This document shows positions 11,922 to 26,900 of a DNA stretch of 64,000 nucleotides, one piece after another. The translations under genes were made by a program, and so were the position numbers. The DNA is from Phoronis australis (Eukaryota; Animalia; Phoronida). The DNA lies in the NCBI GenBank assembly GCA_002633005.1, contig NMRA01000064.1:248001-312000 (forward strand). Reading direction: 5' to 3'. Positions within the stretch are counted from its first letter, which is position 1, and each line of letters opens with the position of its first letter. The notes under the pieces were generated by a model. The model saw only the letters and a list, made by a program, of their open reading frames with translations, was not told the origin of the DNA and searched no databases.

Positions 11922-14900
11922 GAAATACCTTCGTACCAGGTACAGTGCCGACACTGGGTTCGGTATAGAGGTAAGTGAACTGTTGAGGTAAGCCTCATAT
12001 CTGCTGGTTGTGTTTGCTCATCTTGAAGCTTTAAAGATTGAAGAGTACTTGGTTCACCCGGGTGGAGCAACAGCATTCTAAATAGTGTTTATACTCTGGC
12101 TTGAGATTTGATGCAAATGTTTAGAAGACAGTACTGCCATTTGAAGGGATTCACACAAAAAGTCTTCTTCAGTAGAAAAATACACACAGAGAGTGTTGGT
12201 TTTGCTGGTCAAAAATAACCAACTTCAGTGCAAAATACAAGAAGAACGAAGTTGTTTATTAAGTCAAAAACAACATTCAGACCACACTATAATCACTGAG
12301 AACTATAAGTATTTCTTACCTTATTTGTCGACTCAATTTTTGTGAGGTGTAGGAAAATGAAACCAAATCATTCAACACTTACCACTGTGAAATGTCCCAA
12401 GGTAATAGTAAAAATACCTAAACAGTGCTCAATGTAGCTTTAAAAGAATGGATAGTCTTTGTTTAATTGAGAAGGAATTGAACAGTTGTTTTTTTCGCAA
12501 AACTGTAGGTCATAGCACTGTTTGCGAAACAACCCAGAATCACGGTAACACAAAATCTCTTATATTTTCATTTATTAAATAAAAATGAAAGTTTTATATT
12601 TAAAATGATGTTTTGTCAAAGCTTCCCAAAAAGGATATTGGTATATGTAATGTACGGTACATACGCAAAGTATTCAGACAAAATGACCCGGAGTAGTTCA
12701 TCATGACGGCCCAGTGGAAGCTGAATTCATCATCTAAGTATGCTTCCCTCATGACTGAGAATGAAGGGAATTAATGGAAAAGTTAGTAAGGTCGATAAGT
12801 TACTCTGTTATTTATGGTATATTTAGTACCAGGAGAGCCATTTTTGTAAAACAAAAATGGCTGTCCTGGCAAGGTAACACTATTTTGTCTGATAACTTTA
12901 GTTTGTACTGTGAGGTGCATCTGCACTTTGAGGTGCGTCTGTACTGTGAGGTGCGTCTGTACTGTGAGGTGCATCTGCAGGCTTCCAGTAAGCAAGAATT
13001 ATTGAAAAACGGATAAAACGGGTAATAAATTGAAATCATTTGGTGCTTTTTTGACCATTAGTACTGTTATAGTGTGCAATTGTTAGTAATTTGGAAATTC
13101 TTATGGGTACTGACGATGTTCTTCACACAATGATTCATTATATTTTTCCTTTTCAGTTTGAAAACTTAATGGATGAGGTAAGAGTGCGTAACGTCAAGAA
13201 GTCTGGTTTACCCGGGGAACTGTCACTTCATGGTTCTTTAAAGCACTGTTTGTTCATTTTTTATTCAATGAATCTCTTCTGACTTCTCTGTATTGAGTGT
13301 GACTGACTTGAATTGCAACGAGGAAATAACATTTCATGTTTTCACTTTAATTGCATCCACATATGCATATTTTGCTTCCGATGACGAGACTGCAGTTGAT
13401 GTTGGTTTTTTCGAGCATGTTTGACTACTCTGGCATGCCCTAGTGGAGATTTTGTTTCATTTTGTGTCCACGGCTGTATCTCCTTAACCTGTTGCAGGAA
13501 CTTTGTGAAATTTGGCAGATGTGTGTCTATGGACTTAATAATGTATGATGACGAGTTTCAGCCCAATCCAACGATTAATGTGCCAATGTTATTTTTTACG
13601 TTTTCCTTTCTTGTGTGTATCTTTAGAGTTCATTGATGGATTTTCATGAAACTAGGCAAATAGGTTTCTATTAAACTGACGACAATGCCTTTCCATTTTC
13701 GGACAGATTTTACGTATGGTACACCTCCTAGTAGGGATTTTCAACAGTTTCAGGTCCATTCTTGGTGTCCGTATCTCTGTCTGCAAAACTACCTAGAGGA
13801 TTGTTGTGAAAATTAGCAGATGTGTTTTTGATGAGAAGGCCACGTCTAACGTTACTTGGACGATTTCCGCTACTTTGGCACCTCCTAATGGTGTTTTTTC
13901 TATGTACAGGTGTGTTTCCTTAACTTTTTTGGGATCTTTGTGAAATTTGGTGGACATATTCCTATGGACACATTCGACTATCACTGTGCCCCCTAGTGGT
14001 AGTTTTAGTTGTTTACGTTTTGTCTCTGTATTTTCGGAGTTCATCGATGGATTTTCGTGAAATTTGACTAATAGGTTTCTATTAAGAGGACGATAGTTTT
14101 CTATTTTTGTACATGTTTGATGTATTTTTGCATCTCCTAGTGGCTATTTTTATTTTTCGAGTGCTTATTTGTTCCTGATAAGAAGACATTGATTTGTGGA
14201 CAGATTTACCAACTGCGATGCTTCTTGGTGGCAATTTTTTGTCTTTTTTGCTTCTTCGGCTCTATCTTCTTATTCCTTTGAAGGATATTTGTGAAATTTT
14301 GCAAGAATGTATTTTATATTATAAACATGACTAAAACATTTGGATGGTTCTAACTACCGTTATACCCGCTAGTGGGAATTTTAGTTTTTACGTTTGCATC
14401 TGTATCTTCAGAGTCCTTTGATTGTTTTTATGGAAATGTGGTAAACAAGTTTCTGTTATGATGGTGATAGAATCTACCTTATTTGGGATGGATTTGACAT
14501 ATTCTGCGCCACCTAGTGCCCATTTTTGCCACTTACAAACACCTCCAGTAACACACTGTTTTTGTTGCTGTTATGGGTGCATTTCAATGCTCCACCTTGT
14601 TCTTGTATCTCTTTCATTCGATTTATGTCAAAATGTGTTAATGATTTAGTGTCACAGTCGTTATGGCAAGTCCAGCACCTTAACATAGTTGATCTTCTAA
14701 TTGGACAGCAATGCTCTTAATCATTGTCATGGAAATGACAATGTACAGAACTTTCATAACAAGCAGATCTTTTCAAACTTTGATTGATGACAACCTAAAA
14801 TTTGCCTACAACTTTGCATGGCCTTATTTGCTTGATTTTATGGGAGGAACCTGATTCAGCTTAGAATGCGATGTGTGCATGTACTGTGAAGGGGGATAAC

Positions 14901-17900
14901 GATAGTTTTTGATGTTCCCATGAGTCACAGATAACTGTTTATGGTGGAGACAATCCGTGTTATTATTGTTCACTTGACTTAAGTTTGCTGTTCATGGAGG
15001 AATAGAAAGTGGCAGAAGTTGCCTAGCATAAGAAACTTTTATTGAATATGCAAGTACACCCAATCATATCCACAATGAAACCGCTAAATACCTGTTGCGA
15101 GTAATAATATCATTGCCTGCATGTTCGTTCTACATTCACTTCCATTCAGCTGACATTAAAAACTGACACAGTGTTCAACAGAGAGTAGGACACTAATGCC
15201 GTTCCAATGTGAACATTTCCTGAAACAATCCTATTATTTTTCAGGCAAGTTTTTATTGATAGTTTGTTGAGTATATGCACAAATTTTCTTGGATTTACTG
15301 TGGCAAAAATTAGCCATGAAAGACGTTTTTACTCAATTAAAATTTTAAGTCTGACTATTCTTTACCAATAACAGTATAATAATCGCATCCTGTCCTCTGG
15401 CACTTATAACTATCTCCTTCATATCTTTTCAAGGCTTGCCAATAGGGGGCAATAGAACTTGCAAGGGGGTCACAATAGATAAGTGGAAATAATTCCTGTT
15501 AAAATATTCCCGCAAATTTTCTGTAATGCTGAAATACATGGGAAGGCTACTACTGTGTTTGCTCAATGGAGGTGAATATTGGAGCAAGATGGCCGACAGA
15601 TGTTGAATTGTCCAGTCATATTCTACTGTTCTATAGACAGCTAATACTCACTAAGGACATAATATGAAACAAGGAATCTTCAAGATCTGTATTTTTACTA
15701 AGTGTAACAACAAGTGGTTGCATTACCCTTTAATCAATATAAAAATAGGAACACTACATAAGCTTTCAAAGTGGAAAAAAGAAAATTTTGGACATTATCT
15801 TTGCCTTGAGATTGAAATTTTAATGTAACTTTAACTTTAAGTGTACATTGTCTTAATTGGCAACAACAGACTTTGTTACCTGCAATCTGTTATGTGGCCT
15901 GTCTCTAGTGACAAGCTAGTCTTGTCATGTATATCATTATTTTTGCAATGACTGTCATATTGCTTGTTAAAATCCCATTTCGCTTGACATTTAGCAGAAA
16001 GTAAACTTCATTAAAACTGCTGCGTACACCTAATAATTGGCCATGGTTGACGTAAATGTAATAACAGTTGTCAATATGTTTTGGATAGAATAATTTTTGA
16101 AATTTCCTTTTTCATTTTTCAGCATAAACTGGTCCCATTACTATTACATATTGTTTGTGCGCCTCTCAAGACAAAAATTGTGAAATTTAATGTTTTTTGA
16201 CAAGTTGAAGTTTCTCAAATTAAAGGAACTATCCTGATATCTTAGAGAACAAGTTTGTTGATGTGGAATGGGTACTGGTTGATCCTTGATAAAGCATCTT
16301 CTTAAAACTTCTTGGGTTGTCACTGAGTTCACGTTTAGTGTATGCAACTTCAGTGATGCCAAACAATTCAACTTTATCAAAAAGTACCATGTAAGTTTAT
16401 GCACTGTGTAATTATCTTGTGACGTCATTTTCTATTTTCTTGCAGGACAATCCTACAGATAATGCTCCAAGGTATGTATAGTCTCGTCACTCAACCTGTT
16501 TCTCATGCACAATATCCCGAGTACTACACTGTCCAAATGCTGTAGTGTCCTAGAAACTTCCCAAGTTTTTGTCAGTGCACAGTTTAAACTGTTGTTATGA
16601 AATTACTCCATGTCAGGTGCATTAAACAGTTTTGGCCATTTTTGATGTGTTATTTTCCACAAAACTGGGTCGTTATTACGTTGCTAATGAACCAATTTGG
16701 GAGAGTAGAAAATTGATTATTTTGCTCATAGTTGAAGCTTGCACCAAATTTTATAAATATGTAATATTGTCAAGAATTACAATCAACCACAAACAATCAT
16801 TAAGCTCAATATTACTATGGTGATGCTTCAAAATGTTCCTCATGTCTCAATCTTCAGAATCAAACAATTCGAAAATTTTAATTACTGTCCAAAAGTGAGC
16901 AATTTTTACCATAAACATCCTATTGCACCAGTGGCCAAATGTTTCTACCTACATTCATGACAATGACTTCCAAACACATTGCTAGGGTTGTCTTTGCTTG
17001 TCATTGTACACGAATAGTCAAAACTGTTAGCGTTTCGCTAGCCAACAATTATACTGTCATTGTCACAACGCTGGTAATTACTCAACATATAATCTACTTT
17101 TAATGAAACACAGTCGCCTTGCGATGAAGTGGCAGCAGAAATCATTGTTTTGAAAGTAGCAATTTTGTCCGTTTCAGGAAAAATAGACGTGAAATAGTTG
17201 TGATCGATGGCTTCGTAATGCCACATAATCCCTGCCTTGTTGGGTTAATAAGTAATCTAAGAATGACTTTACTTTCTTGCGTGTCGCCTGCGTTCTTGTT
17301 GAGCCATTGTTTCTGCCATCAACTTGTATACACTGTGACATCTATACCCATTTTAGGAGGAAATTAGTTTTTGCGGGCCCATTCACAATCACCGATTACT
17401 TAGACTGGGTATGTCTGCATATGTTCCTGAGTGTCTCTCGTCTTACGTATTTCTATGTTAGATGTTTTAATTTGTATGAACTCCTTGCTAGCGCTATCTT
17501 GTAGCCAGTTTTTAATAGATCAGTTTATAGACTAAATGCATGTTTATTATAATTTTGATTTGAAGGCATGGTTCGATCACCCTTGTCACAAAATTTTCAA
17601 TATGTAAATGTGAGGAACATCACGCGTTTCAAAACTGCAATGTTAGGTTTCAATTCAGATGCAGTTGGTTTATGTGTTAATGCTAATTCAGGTTTGCAAT
17701 CTAAATGATTCAAGTTGACCAATTAGAATCTATCTTTCAAATTGAAATTTGCCAATTCATAAAATTTGCTACGCTTTTTGATAACCAAATGTGTAACCTC
17801 TCTGGGATTTTGAGGTATTCGTGCTAAGGCTGCAAGAAAATTTCAGTAATCGAGGACTCAGTATGATAGAAAAATGAAATTGTGTAAATCATTTTTTTTT

Positions 17901-20900
17901 CAAGGTTAGTATCACTAAATCTGTGCTGAAAGATTTTCAGGTTTTGTATTGTAGCTGCGTGCTTACTCCATTTTGAAATATTGCTGGCATTGTGAATCAT
18001 AGCAGTGAGGAACTTTGGCAAAAATGGTCAATTTTGGCGACATTTTGGTCCAAAATGGGCAAGATTTTACCTTAATTGGTTTAAAACTAGACAGTGAGGT
18101 AAAGAGTGTAATTTTGAAATAAAAACTTTGATTGCTGGCCTAAATAATGATACAGTGTTTTTTTGTTGCATTGTGTGCAAGTTAGTGTCCAACAAATGCT
18201 TGTTTATCACCGTCAGTTAACTGCATGATGTGTTTGTATGCCAGAACCTCTGAACCTTACATTGTACTGTGCCTACACGACTCTTTATTTTGTTTATTTC
18301 CATGTTGTTCCACCCACTGTAGAACCGTAACTGACCACGAGAGGTCTCTTCTGTTATCTGGTCGCTATGACGAGTTGCTATACGAACAGAAACGCATTGA
18401 TGCCGAGCTTGATTTGCAGGTATGCATGTGGAGGTGTCTCTTATTTTGTTAGTCCGTCCTGCTCTGTAGTGCAGCGGGTAGCACACGTTTTGACTGAACA
18501 TTAGTCCGTCATGCTCCGTAGTGCTGCGGGTAGCACACGTTTTGAGTGAACATTAGTCCGTCATGCTCCGTAGTGCAGCGGGTAGCACACGTTTTTACTG
18601 AATGTTAAAACTCATCTGCCGGATTTTTTGCATTCACTTGAAACTACATTTCCTCTCGTTTCTCTGTCCAACAAGACAAAATCAAGATTAGGCCACTGAC
18701 GCCCAAGAAATTTGTCTGAAATTATTCGCTTAGTAGGTCTTTACTTCCACAACCAGAAAGGACGTCGATCACATTGAAAATGTTTGAGCTCTTTAGCTTA
18801 GCTGTAAGTTATCTCTCAATTCCAACTGAGTGTTGAGACTAATGGTATCATGCCATGTTATTAGCTACAACCGTCATGTTCTGACATGTTTCACCAATTA
18901 CCGTTTTAACTGTCCATTTTCAATTCTGAAAAGTATGTATTTTCTGAACAATCGATGAATAAAAAATCTTCATTTTTGCCTTGAATAGTTGCACAGTCCT
19001 CAATAGTCCTGTGAGCATCATTTTCGTGAAATCTCACCTTTTGTTTGAACCTGAATTTATGGATTTCATAAAAACCTTCAAACTACTGGTGACCGTATAT
19101 TTGAGCTAAAGATTCTTATTTTTCAGTAAGTAAAGTTCGGTTTTTCCAATTTTATTCACTCCCAGATAATAGAGATATCAGTCTAGCTGTCAAAGTTTGT
19201 TTTTGAAACACAAGTCTTCAATTTTGAAAGATGGCGAGGCTGATATCTCTGTTGCCTAAGGATGAATAGAAATTGGAGACCTGATTTCTGTGGACAAAGA
19301 CCGTATAAGAAATGTGCGCTAAAAATTCTTGCAAATTAATTTGCTTATGAGCAAAAGAGAAATCGATGATTTAACCTCCTAAAACGTTGAAAATCATTTG
19401 GCCTGAAAATAGCCAATAATGATTTTTCACATTACTGAAATCAATTGATGTCATTCTGACCATATTTGTCACTTATAATACATTTAGAACAATTTATGTG
19501 TAGAAATGAAAAATGTGGTTGAATATTGAATTTTTGAAATAAAATCCCTGGAGAATGACAATAACATCAAAATCCAACTTGATACGACAATTATTTCGCA
19601 CAAAATTAATTGCCAAAATTCTCATCTTTGCATTTTTCTTTAAAGCTTTACTGCACATAATGGAAAATTTACAAAAAGTTGTTTTTTTTGTCATCTACAT
19701 AATATAAATCGTGCTAGGAACACGGTGGACTAAAATTTTCTTCAACTTTATTTTTGTGAAGAAATTTGACAAAGTACAATTATAGTATTTCACTTGTTGG
19801 CCATATTGTGTGGTAAGCAAGCAAAGAATTACTGTACTTTTGATATTTCATAATTTCATGTTTAAACAATGATTTGAAGGGAGGTATCTATGATTCTGTC
19901 TCAGTTGAAGGACCGTGTCTTTCTACTCGATGTCTGAATGGTAAAATTTTGAAATAGGCTAATTTAGCCTACCAAGCTAGTCTCGACTTTCTCATTTACA
20001 TGGGAGAAGTTGGCAATGTGGCCTGGTGTGATAGGTGCCCAAGGTCGTGGGTTCAAATCCCACTTGGCCACTCTGCTGGACCCTTGAGTCAGGTTTCTAG
20101 CTGCTCAGCTCAGTTTTAACTATATATTGATAAAGCATAAAAATGGTTCCACGTGATCAGTGCAATGGGCCCACATGCGAGGCCTGCGCACTTCTGCTAC
20201 AACGTGTACCAAACAGTCTGCAATTAAAAAAAAAATTTTTAATTCTGGTGTGCAAAACGGATGGAAATGACAGGAGGAAATGCAATTTCTTTCACTAAGA
20301 TACATTTTGAGACTTTGGACATTTTCGTGTGACTAATCATTTGGTTATCCCATCACACAACACTGACTATTAGACAGCATGATAGTTGTGAATTTGGATT
20401 TTAAAGAGTTAGTAAGAAAGCTTCCCACATTTCTAAGCTTGCATTTCTTGTATTATCCTGCCATTTTGTGTACTGTGAGATTCTGCTACTTCCATAGGTG
20501 TTTGGTGTTGTTAGTGTACTGTGCCTGTTATTTTCTGTAGAATTTCTTAAACTCCACTAAAATTCATTGAAATAAATAGTCGCTCATTAGATTCTACGAG
20601 TGTTAGATAATATCAAATTATCTTTTGGAGGAAACTCTGTTTAATAGGTTGCTGCTTTATTGTGGATTGTCTAGTATGATGTCATTTTGACATTTTGGAC
20701 CCATTCAAAGAAATTTTAAACGCCAAAGTTAAGATTTGTAATAATCATTCTGAATGTACAATGCAAGCCGCTGGATACTGTCATGACTTTTCTGTTGGAA
20801 TGAGCTGACAAGAGAAGAGTTAACATTCAACAAGCTCTGGTAGAAGATTTTTTCTAAGGTCTCCAAGAACAGGGCACCGCCACATGAAATGAGGCTCATC

Positions 20901-23900
20901 TTCAATTTCACCCAGGCAGCATATGCCGGATATTCTCTCACTTCTAGGAATACCTATATGTTTACCTTTCTCTATATTAAGTGAGTGACCTGAACATTGA
21001 AACTGCCCTAGTATTTTTCTAGAATGAGCGCTTAAATAATTCATTATGTGGTACTTTGAAAATTATTACTCAGCTAATTTTAATCTTTGTCAATTCCCTG
21101 GGAGCATGTAATGGGTGCTACCATTATCGGCGCTCACCAATTAATCTGAACACATTTTTCTGTACAACTGTCAAGTGCTGAAATTCCCCAGTGGTTATCT
21201 GTGTCCCATCATTATAGTAACAGACCCGTCATTACTAAACATCCATATTCTAACTGCACTGGAGCTCCCAAGAAACAAGCGTAGAATAAAATAGTTTTTG
21301 AAATGTTAGCTTGTTATTTTTATATATAAGAAATAGTTTTAAATTTCATATTTGTGGTAACTTGTGAATGGTTCTCACTGAAACCTCCATCTAGCTCACA
21401 AAACACGAGGAGGAGATTAAAGCTGAAGAGGAAGCGTATTATGAGGCTCAAAGAGAGGCTGCAAGGGTTGCTATGCAACAGCAGCAGCGGGAACAAGCTG
21501 GCAAGTCAGTGACTAACAATGGTGCCAATACATCCTGGCTTGGGGATGATGACGACTGGGACATGTAAGTGTATTAGGAATACTGTAATGTGGATGACGA
21601 CCTCCATTCAGGTAACAAATATTATAGTAAAGTTACACTTCTTAACACAATAAGGCAGACAATTCTTATTTTTTCATGAGGGATACTTAGCCCAAGTGAA
21701 TACTTTGCCATGCTCAAGTTTCTTATCGTAGCTTCCACCAGACAATATTTTGAAAAAAAAGGCTTTTACAGCAATGTTAGAAGACCATGAAAACTGAAAA
21801 ATAAAAAACTATCTTTTGCAATTATTTTTATCCAAATTCAATATTTTACTGTAAATATTTAACTTGACATTGTCTTGTATGAGTCTAGATGAGTCAGGTG
21901 TACTCCAGGCTCACGCACTACTGCTTACTGAAGACTTAATTTAAATGTCATTCAAGCTTGGAATTAATTATTCAACAGTGGGGACTTGCCAAAAGATTGA
22001 CAATCATTGGTCAAATAATTAAATAATGTGAATGGCTCCTAGACTTGATTTACTATCACGCAAACATCGGGTCAGTCAGGCCAATACAACCACAAAGACA
22101 TTTGTTTGGTTCCCCTGTGATGACTGTAGCCATGGTGATTTTACTGTTCAACAGCACTTCAGTAAAGGAGCACCTGCAGCTATTCTTGCTGTGCTAGTTA
22201 GCACATGAGTATTCCATATTCTAACCTCAGCTGTCGCTTGACTCCCGTTTACTCTTCTTAAGGTACAAATCCCAGGGTCAATGATAACAAAGTAATAATT
22301 TCATTTACAGGCTTACTAATGCCCATCACTAGGTACATGTTGGACTTGGAGGGGACAAGTAGTCCGCATAGTGGCTCAATGTGAAACTATTATAATAGTT
22401 CTTTCTGAACCTTGCTTTTAGTCATACAATGGCTCAGTTGGTCTAGGCAAATAAACACAGCTTAACAAAGGGTTTATGGCACTGGCTGAAAAGATTATTG
22501 TTTTATTGCACCTTGCAGGATTTACTAGCCCTGCCCACAATGTCGCCCAGTCACCACTTTTCAAGTCCTGCCATTCTCCTGTTGTGATTTACACTCTTTT
22601 TGCTCTTGCCAAACCTGCAACAGTCAGTCCAGTGTGTTTGACATTCTAAGCTATGTATCAACAGTGGCTGATCAGAGAATGCTTCACTGTACATCATTAT
22701 AATGTCAGTGCTGTGGTCGGTACTTAAATTTTAAATTTTTAAAAATTTCTGAGCATTTTCCCAGCGCAAAAACTCGTCATTTATTTCGATTTCACTCAAC
22801 TTGCTTAACTAATCGCATCACCAAGGTATTCACCAGGATAGGCTCAGGTCCAAGCTGTACCAATTGTGCTGACTCCAGTGCAGCTCATTCCAGGCTCAGG
22901 TATTCAGAATCCACAAGGATTAATAAAACAATGATCTGCTCAGTCAGGACCATAAACTCTTTGTTAGTAAGCTGTGTCTAATTATACAGTCCAACTAGGG
23001 CATTTGTATGACTTGGAGCAAGGGAACTCTTGCATGTCAGTTTCAAAGGTTTGTGAATCACACCTGTCATTTACAACCTTCTTCAAAATTCTAAGCTGTT
23101 ATGTGGACTAGTTACCCCCTCCATGCGCAAAATGCTGTTTAAGTGCACATTACCAACACTGGCTTTCACTTCATTTCCTTGTCATTAATTCCGTTATCAT
23201 AGCTTTCATCACAAAACTGTGTTCACATTGAAAGCACTCCAGTTCCCCTATGAAAATGTTCTCCATTGTTGGCTAATGTACACAACTTGTCGTCATGTGC
23301 TGGACTGGGAGACTCTGATTCCAAAAAAGGAGATCGAGCTGTCACAAGTTCGTAGAGCAATTTTGGAAGTCACGGTGAATGACAAAAATATTTGACAGGT
23401 CAGACACAGGACATTATACGTCTAAAACGCCACAAGCCTCAAGATGACTATAGAACATGGAATTGTACTTTGTGGTTTCAGGGATGTTCGGATCTTAACT
23501 ATGAATGCTTACAGTAAAACTTGATGTGCATTGAATTATTAGTTTTAGAAATTGCTGAAAGTGTTGCCATGTGTCAATGAATTATTAATTTCATGATTTA
23601 GTCACATTTACACTTTGAGGGTGATTAATATATTTTTCTTTTTAATTATTAATACATTCACCATTCACCACTCTTGTGTCCATGTATTTAGGAGGAAATT
23701 TTGAATGTTTACATGAATATTAGTTTTGAGGTGCACTTTCATCTAATCTTTTCTAAGACTGAGTACAGAAGAGCAGAGGATAATAACTGCATTGTTCAGT
23801 CATCTGATAACTCAGGCAGAATTTGCACCCAAGTGTCTCACAGGAGACAGACGGTGTAGCATTGTTATTTGAGCTCTGGGGCTTGTTTCACAAAAGTGAC

Positions 23901-26900
23901 TTTAAAGACTTAAGACAGGAATTTGGACTTACACTCCCACTTTACAGTTCCTGAAAAAAATTTACTCAAATAATCCTGAGCATATCACAGTCGGGAAATA
24001 ATTTATGGAAATTATCTCTCAGTAACTTACAGTTATGTGCAAGTTTTCAGAGCACTTGCACTTTTGCTCAAGTGAAGTTTGATTGTTTTTCAGGAATAAT
24101 TGTGTAGAGCGTAAGACAACTTTCTGGTTTAAGTCTAAAGGCACTTTTCATGAAACAGATCTCTGGTTGAACTTTTAACCTTGGAGGCAGACGTTAAGTG
24201 TCTCTGATGAGCTGGGTATTATCAGTGCAAATGGGATTGGATGAAAAATGTATATGATGCAAAAGCCACCTCTGAATACGTGTCAGTAAAACTGAAAGTT
24301 AAGGTTAGTGCTTAAACCATTGAGCAGAACTTGTGACTGTCACTCATGGTATTAATGTCATAGTTATTTTACTCATACATAGACGAGTTTGAGGAGATTT
24401 CACCTTCCTTTGTTTTGTAGAGCTGGGGGTGAAGATGACTTTGAAATGTTCTTGGAAAGTGTCAAAGCAAGGTCACTCTCCGTCAAACCTTTGCAACAAG
24501 TAACTCAACAAGGTGGGTGTAGTTCTCTTCATCTTATATGAAGTGGTCAGAATCCAAGTACAAGTTGTGAAATGATGATGTTTTTGTGAAGTTCAATGCA
24601 GTCGTAATATTTTACAAAATTCAGACACAGTGGATGGATTGTGTCATAGTTCTGTTGTGATGAAATGAAATGTGAAAATGAGTTCAGGAACAGTCTGTTT
24701 CTTACAATGGAACAAGTCTGATATGTTTTTGCCTTTAACTTGACTTATCTAACGATTACCTTGAGATGTGACCTTTCTCAAAAATTACTAAAGTCTCATG
24801 TCCAAGTTGTCTGGCTTCATCTGAATGTTGTTGAAAAACCAGATAAATCCCTTAGAAATGTGAGGATAAAATTGGTGCAAACAAGCGAAACAGCTAGCTG
24901 AAAGCTGACAAATCTCAAAGCTACTGGTCACCTAAGACAAAAACACGTGATTCGAATTTGAAAGCAAAAGTTACGAGACTACTGGTTACAACTGGTTATA
25001 CCTCAGACAAGAAAAAAAATGAATGCTGTTCCGTAAAATTACCAATTTTGAAGAAGCGGAGATTTTGTCCTTAAACTGGAAATAGTTCAAAGAGTGTAGC
25101 AGTGCTTGCAAAGCCACGTATGCATCATCACACTTTTGTTCTAACTTGTGTTCCAATGTAATCAACATTTTCTTGCTGACCAGTGGTCATAGATGCCCAA
25201 AGTTTATGCAGTAGTACGATGACCCGCTGTGATCACTCAATAACTGAAGCCTCGTCCATGGACCTCGAGTGGGAACATGAGCAAGGTATTAGGCATGTGA
25301 TCAGTGGTAGCCATGTTTGTTGACCTATTTTGTTCCATGACCCACAGAGTGCTTGAAAGAAGCTTTTTGTTGACGCATTTTGTAGTTATTTGATTTAATG
25401 TTTTGTTTTGCATTAGCAAAATGTTGTTTGCATGAAGTGGCTTGTTTTTAGGACGTAGGCTGAACTTGCAAGCAACGTGAGGTATTTTAAACCTAATTGG
25501 GTGGAATGAGCCCCTGATGACCAACCGATCATTCCTCATCACCTGTCTTCATCTACCTCCAAATACATCAGACTTTGGCTCATATTGAAGGGGGGGGGGG
25601 AACCAAAGGTTTTCATGACCCATGAAGTGGCATTTTTATGTTTGGTTAACATGGCACCTGTGTTTCCATGCTTGTGAACTGTGAACTGTGGTTTGAAGGT
25701 TATGTAAACATGATGTTGTATCTTTATGGTGCCATCGTGAAATTAGGTAAATAGAGATCAGGGTGACCAGGCAGAATTAATGGCGTTCAGCGATTGGTGG
25801 CGGAGCTCAAAAGAAGGTGCTTGTGAATCAGTAATCTTACACGCGTGAACCGTGACCCCCCTCTTCACCCCTTTATTGAAGTTTATAGAGACTTCAGAAT
25901 GACACATATTGGCTAATCTGCGATTCAGTTAGGCGCCAGGATATTCAGTGCAATGTTGGGAGCATGTTGCGGTCTGTACCTATAACACTGTTGGTTTACA
26001 TGTCGTTATACTTGTGTAGGAACTGATCGCACTTCATGTTCAGAGCACCCTGGTGAGATGGAGTGGGACCATGAGGAAGGTAGTCGTGTGATTGGGGGTG
26101 GTTTGGCTTTTATGCTTTTTCCTGCGTCCAAGTGTCAACAACTTTTTAGTTTTAGAATAATTTATGTGAGAGACTCACTCACGAAGGCTTTGTAGATGTT
26201 TTACTTTGGAAAGCGGGCGTTGTTTGTTTCAGTATTTAAAGTGGCTATAAATCTTCATTCAGACCACTTAGCGTTATGAAATTGGTCTCAAATTGCACTT
26301 CAATCAAAATGTGATTTCTAGGTTTGAAAAGATCTGACAGTTCTTTATTGATTGAGACAACATGACATTTGCTTTTCCGTGCATGGTTTCAAAAAATAAC
26401 AAAGTGTCAAAACCAAAAATCACTTCTCATTTTAGTAAAGGATTAGTTTGAACCATTTTATAACGGTAAGTGGTCTAAGTAAAAATGTTGATTCATAAAT
26501 GAAACGTGCGCATATTGCCGCTTTGAAAAGTGCACAAAATCTCACTTGAGTTTTTTGCAGCTTTCAGAATGTTGTATGTTGTGGCAGTCTTACTTAGTCT
26601 TTAAATGTTTCACGTGATGTCATACAAACTCTTTGTGTGGTTGATATTGACGTGTGAATGTTAGCTTTGCGTCCCTGTGTGCTCTTGTATGGCAATACTT
26701 GACATCTCTGTTTTACATGAATGACATTTATTCTACAAACATTTCCATTTGAACCGACACTCACACGGATATATGTGAAATGCTATTGTTGAAGTTTTGT
26801 TGTGATAAAAATTCATTAGTCATAGAGTACATGTTCAAAATTTGGCTATCACTTTTTTCAACATGAATAACTTTGTGATTTGGATTTGAATCAAAACCGA

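Noticed and set aside
20010-20075. tRNA gene
   Set aside because: Only B-box and weak A-box present; no acceptor or anticodon stems, so called a SINE relic.
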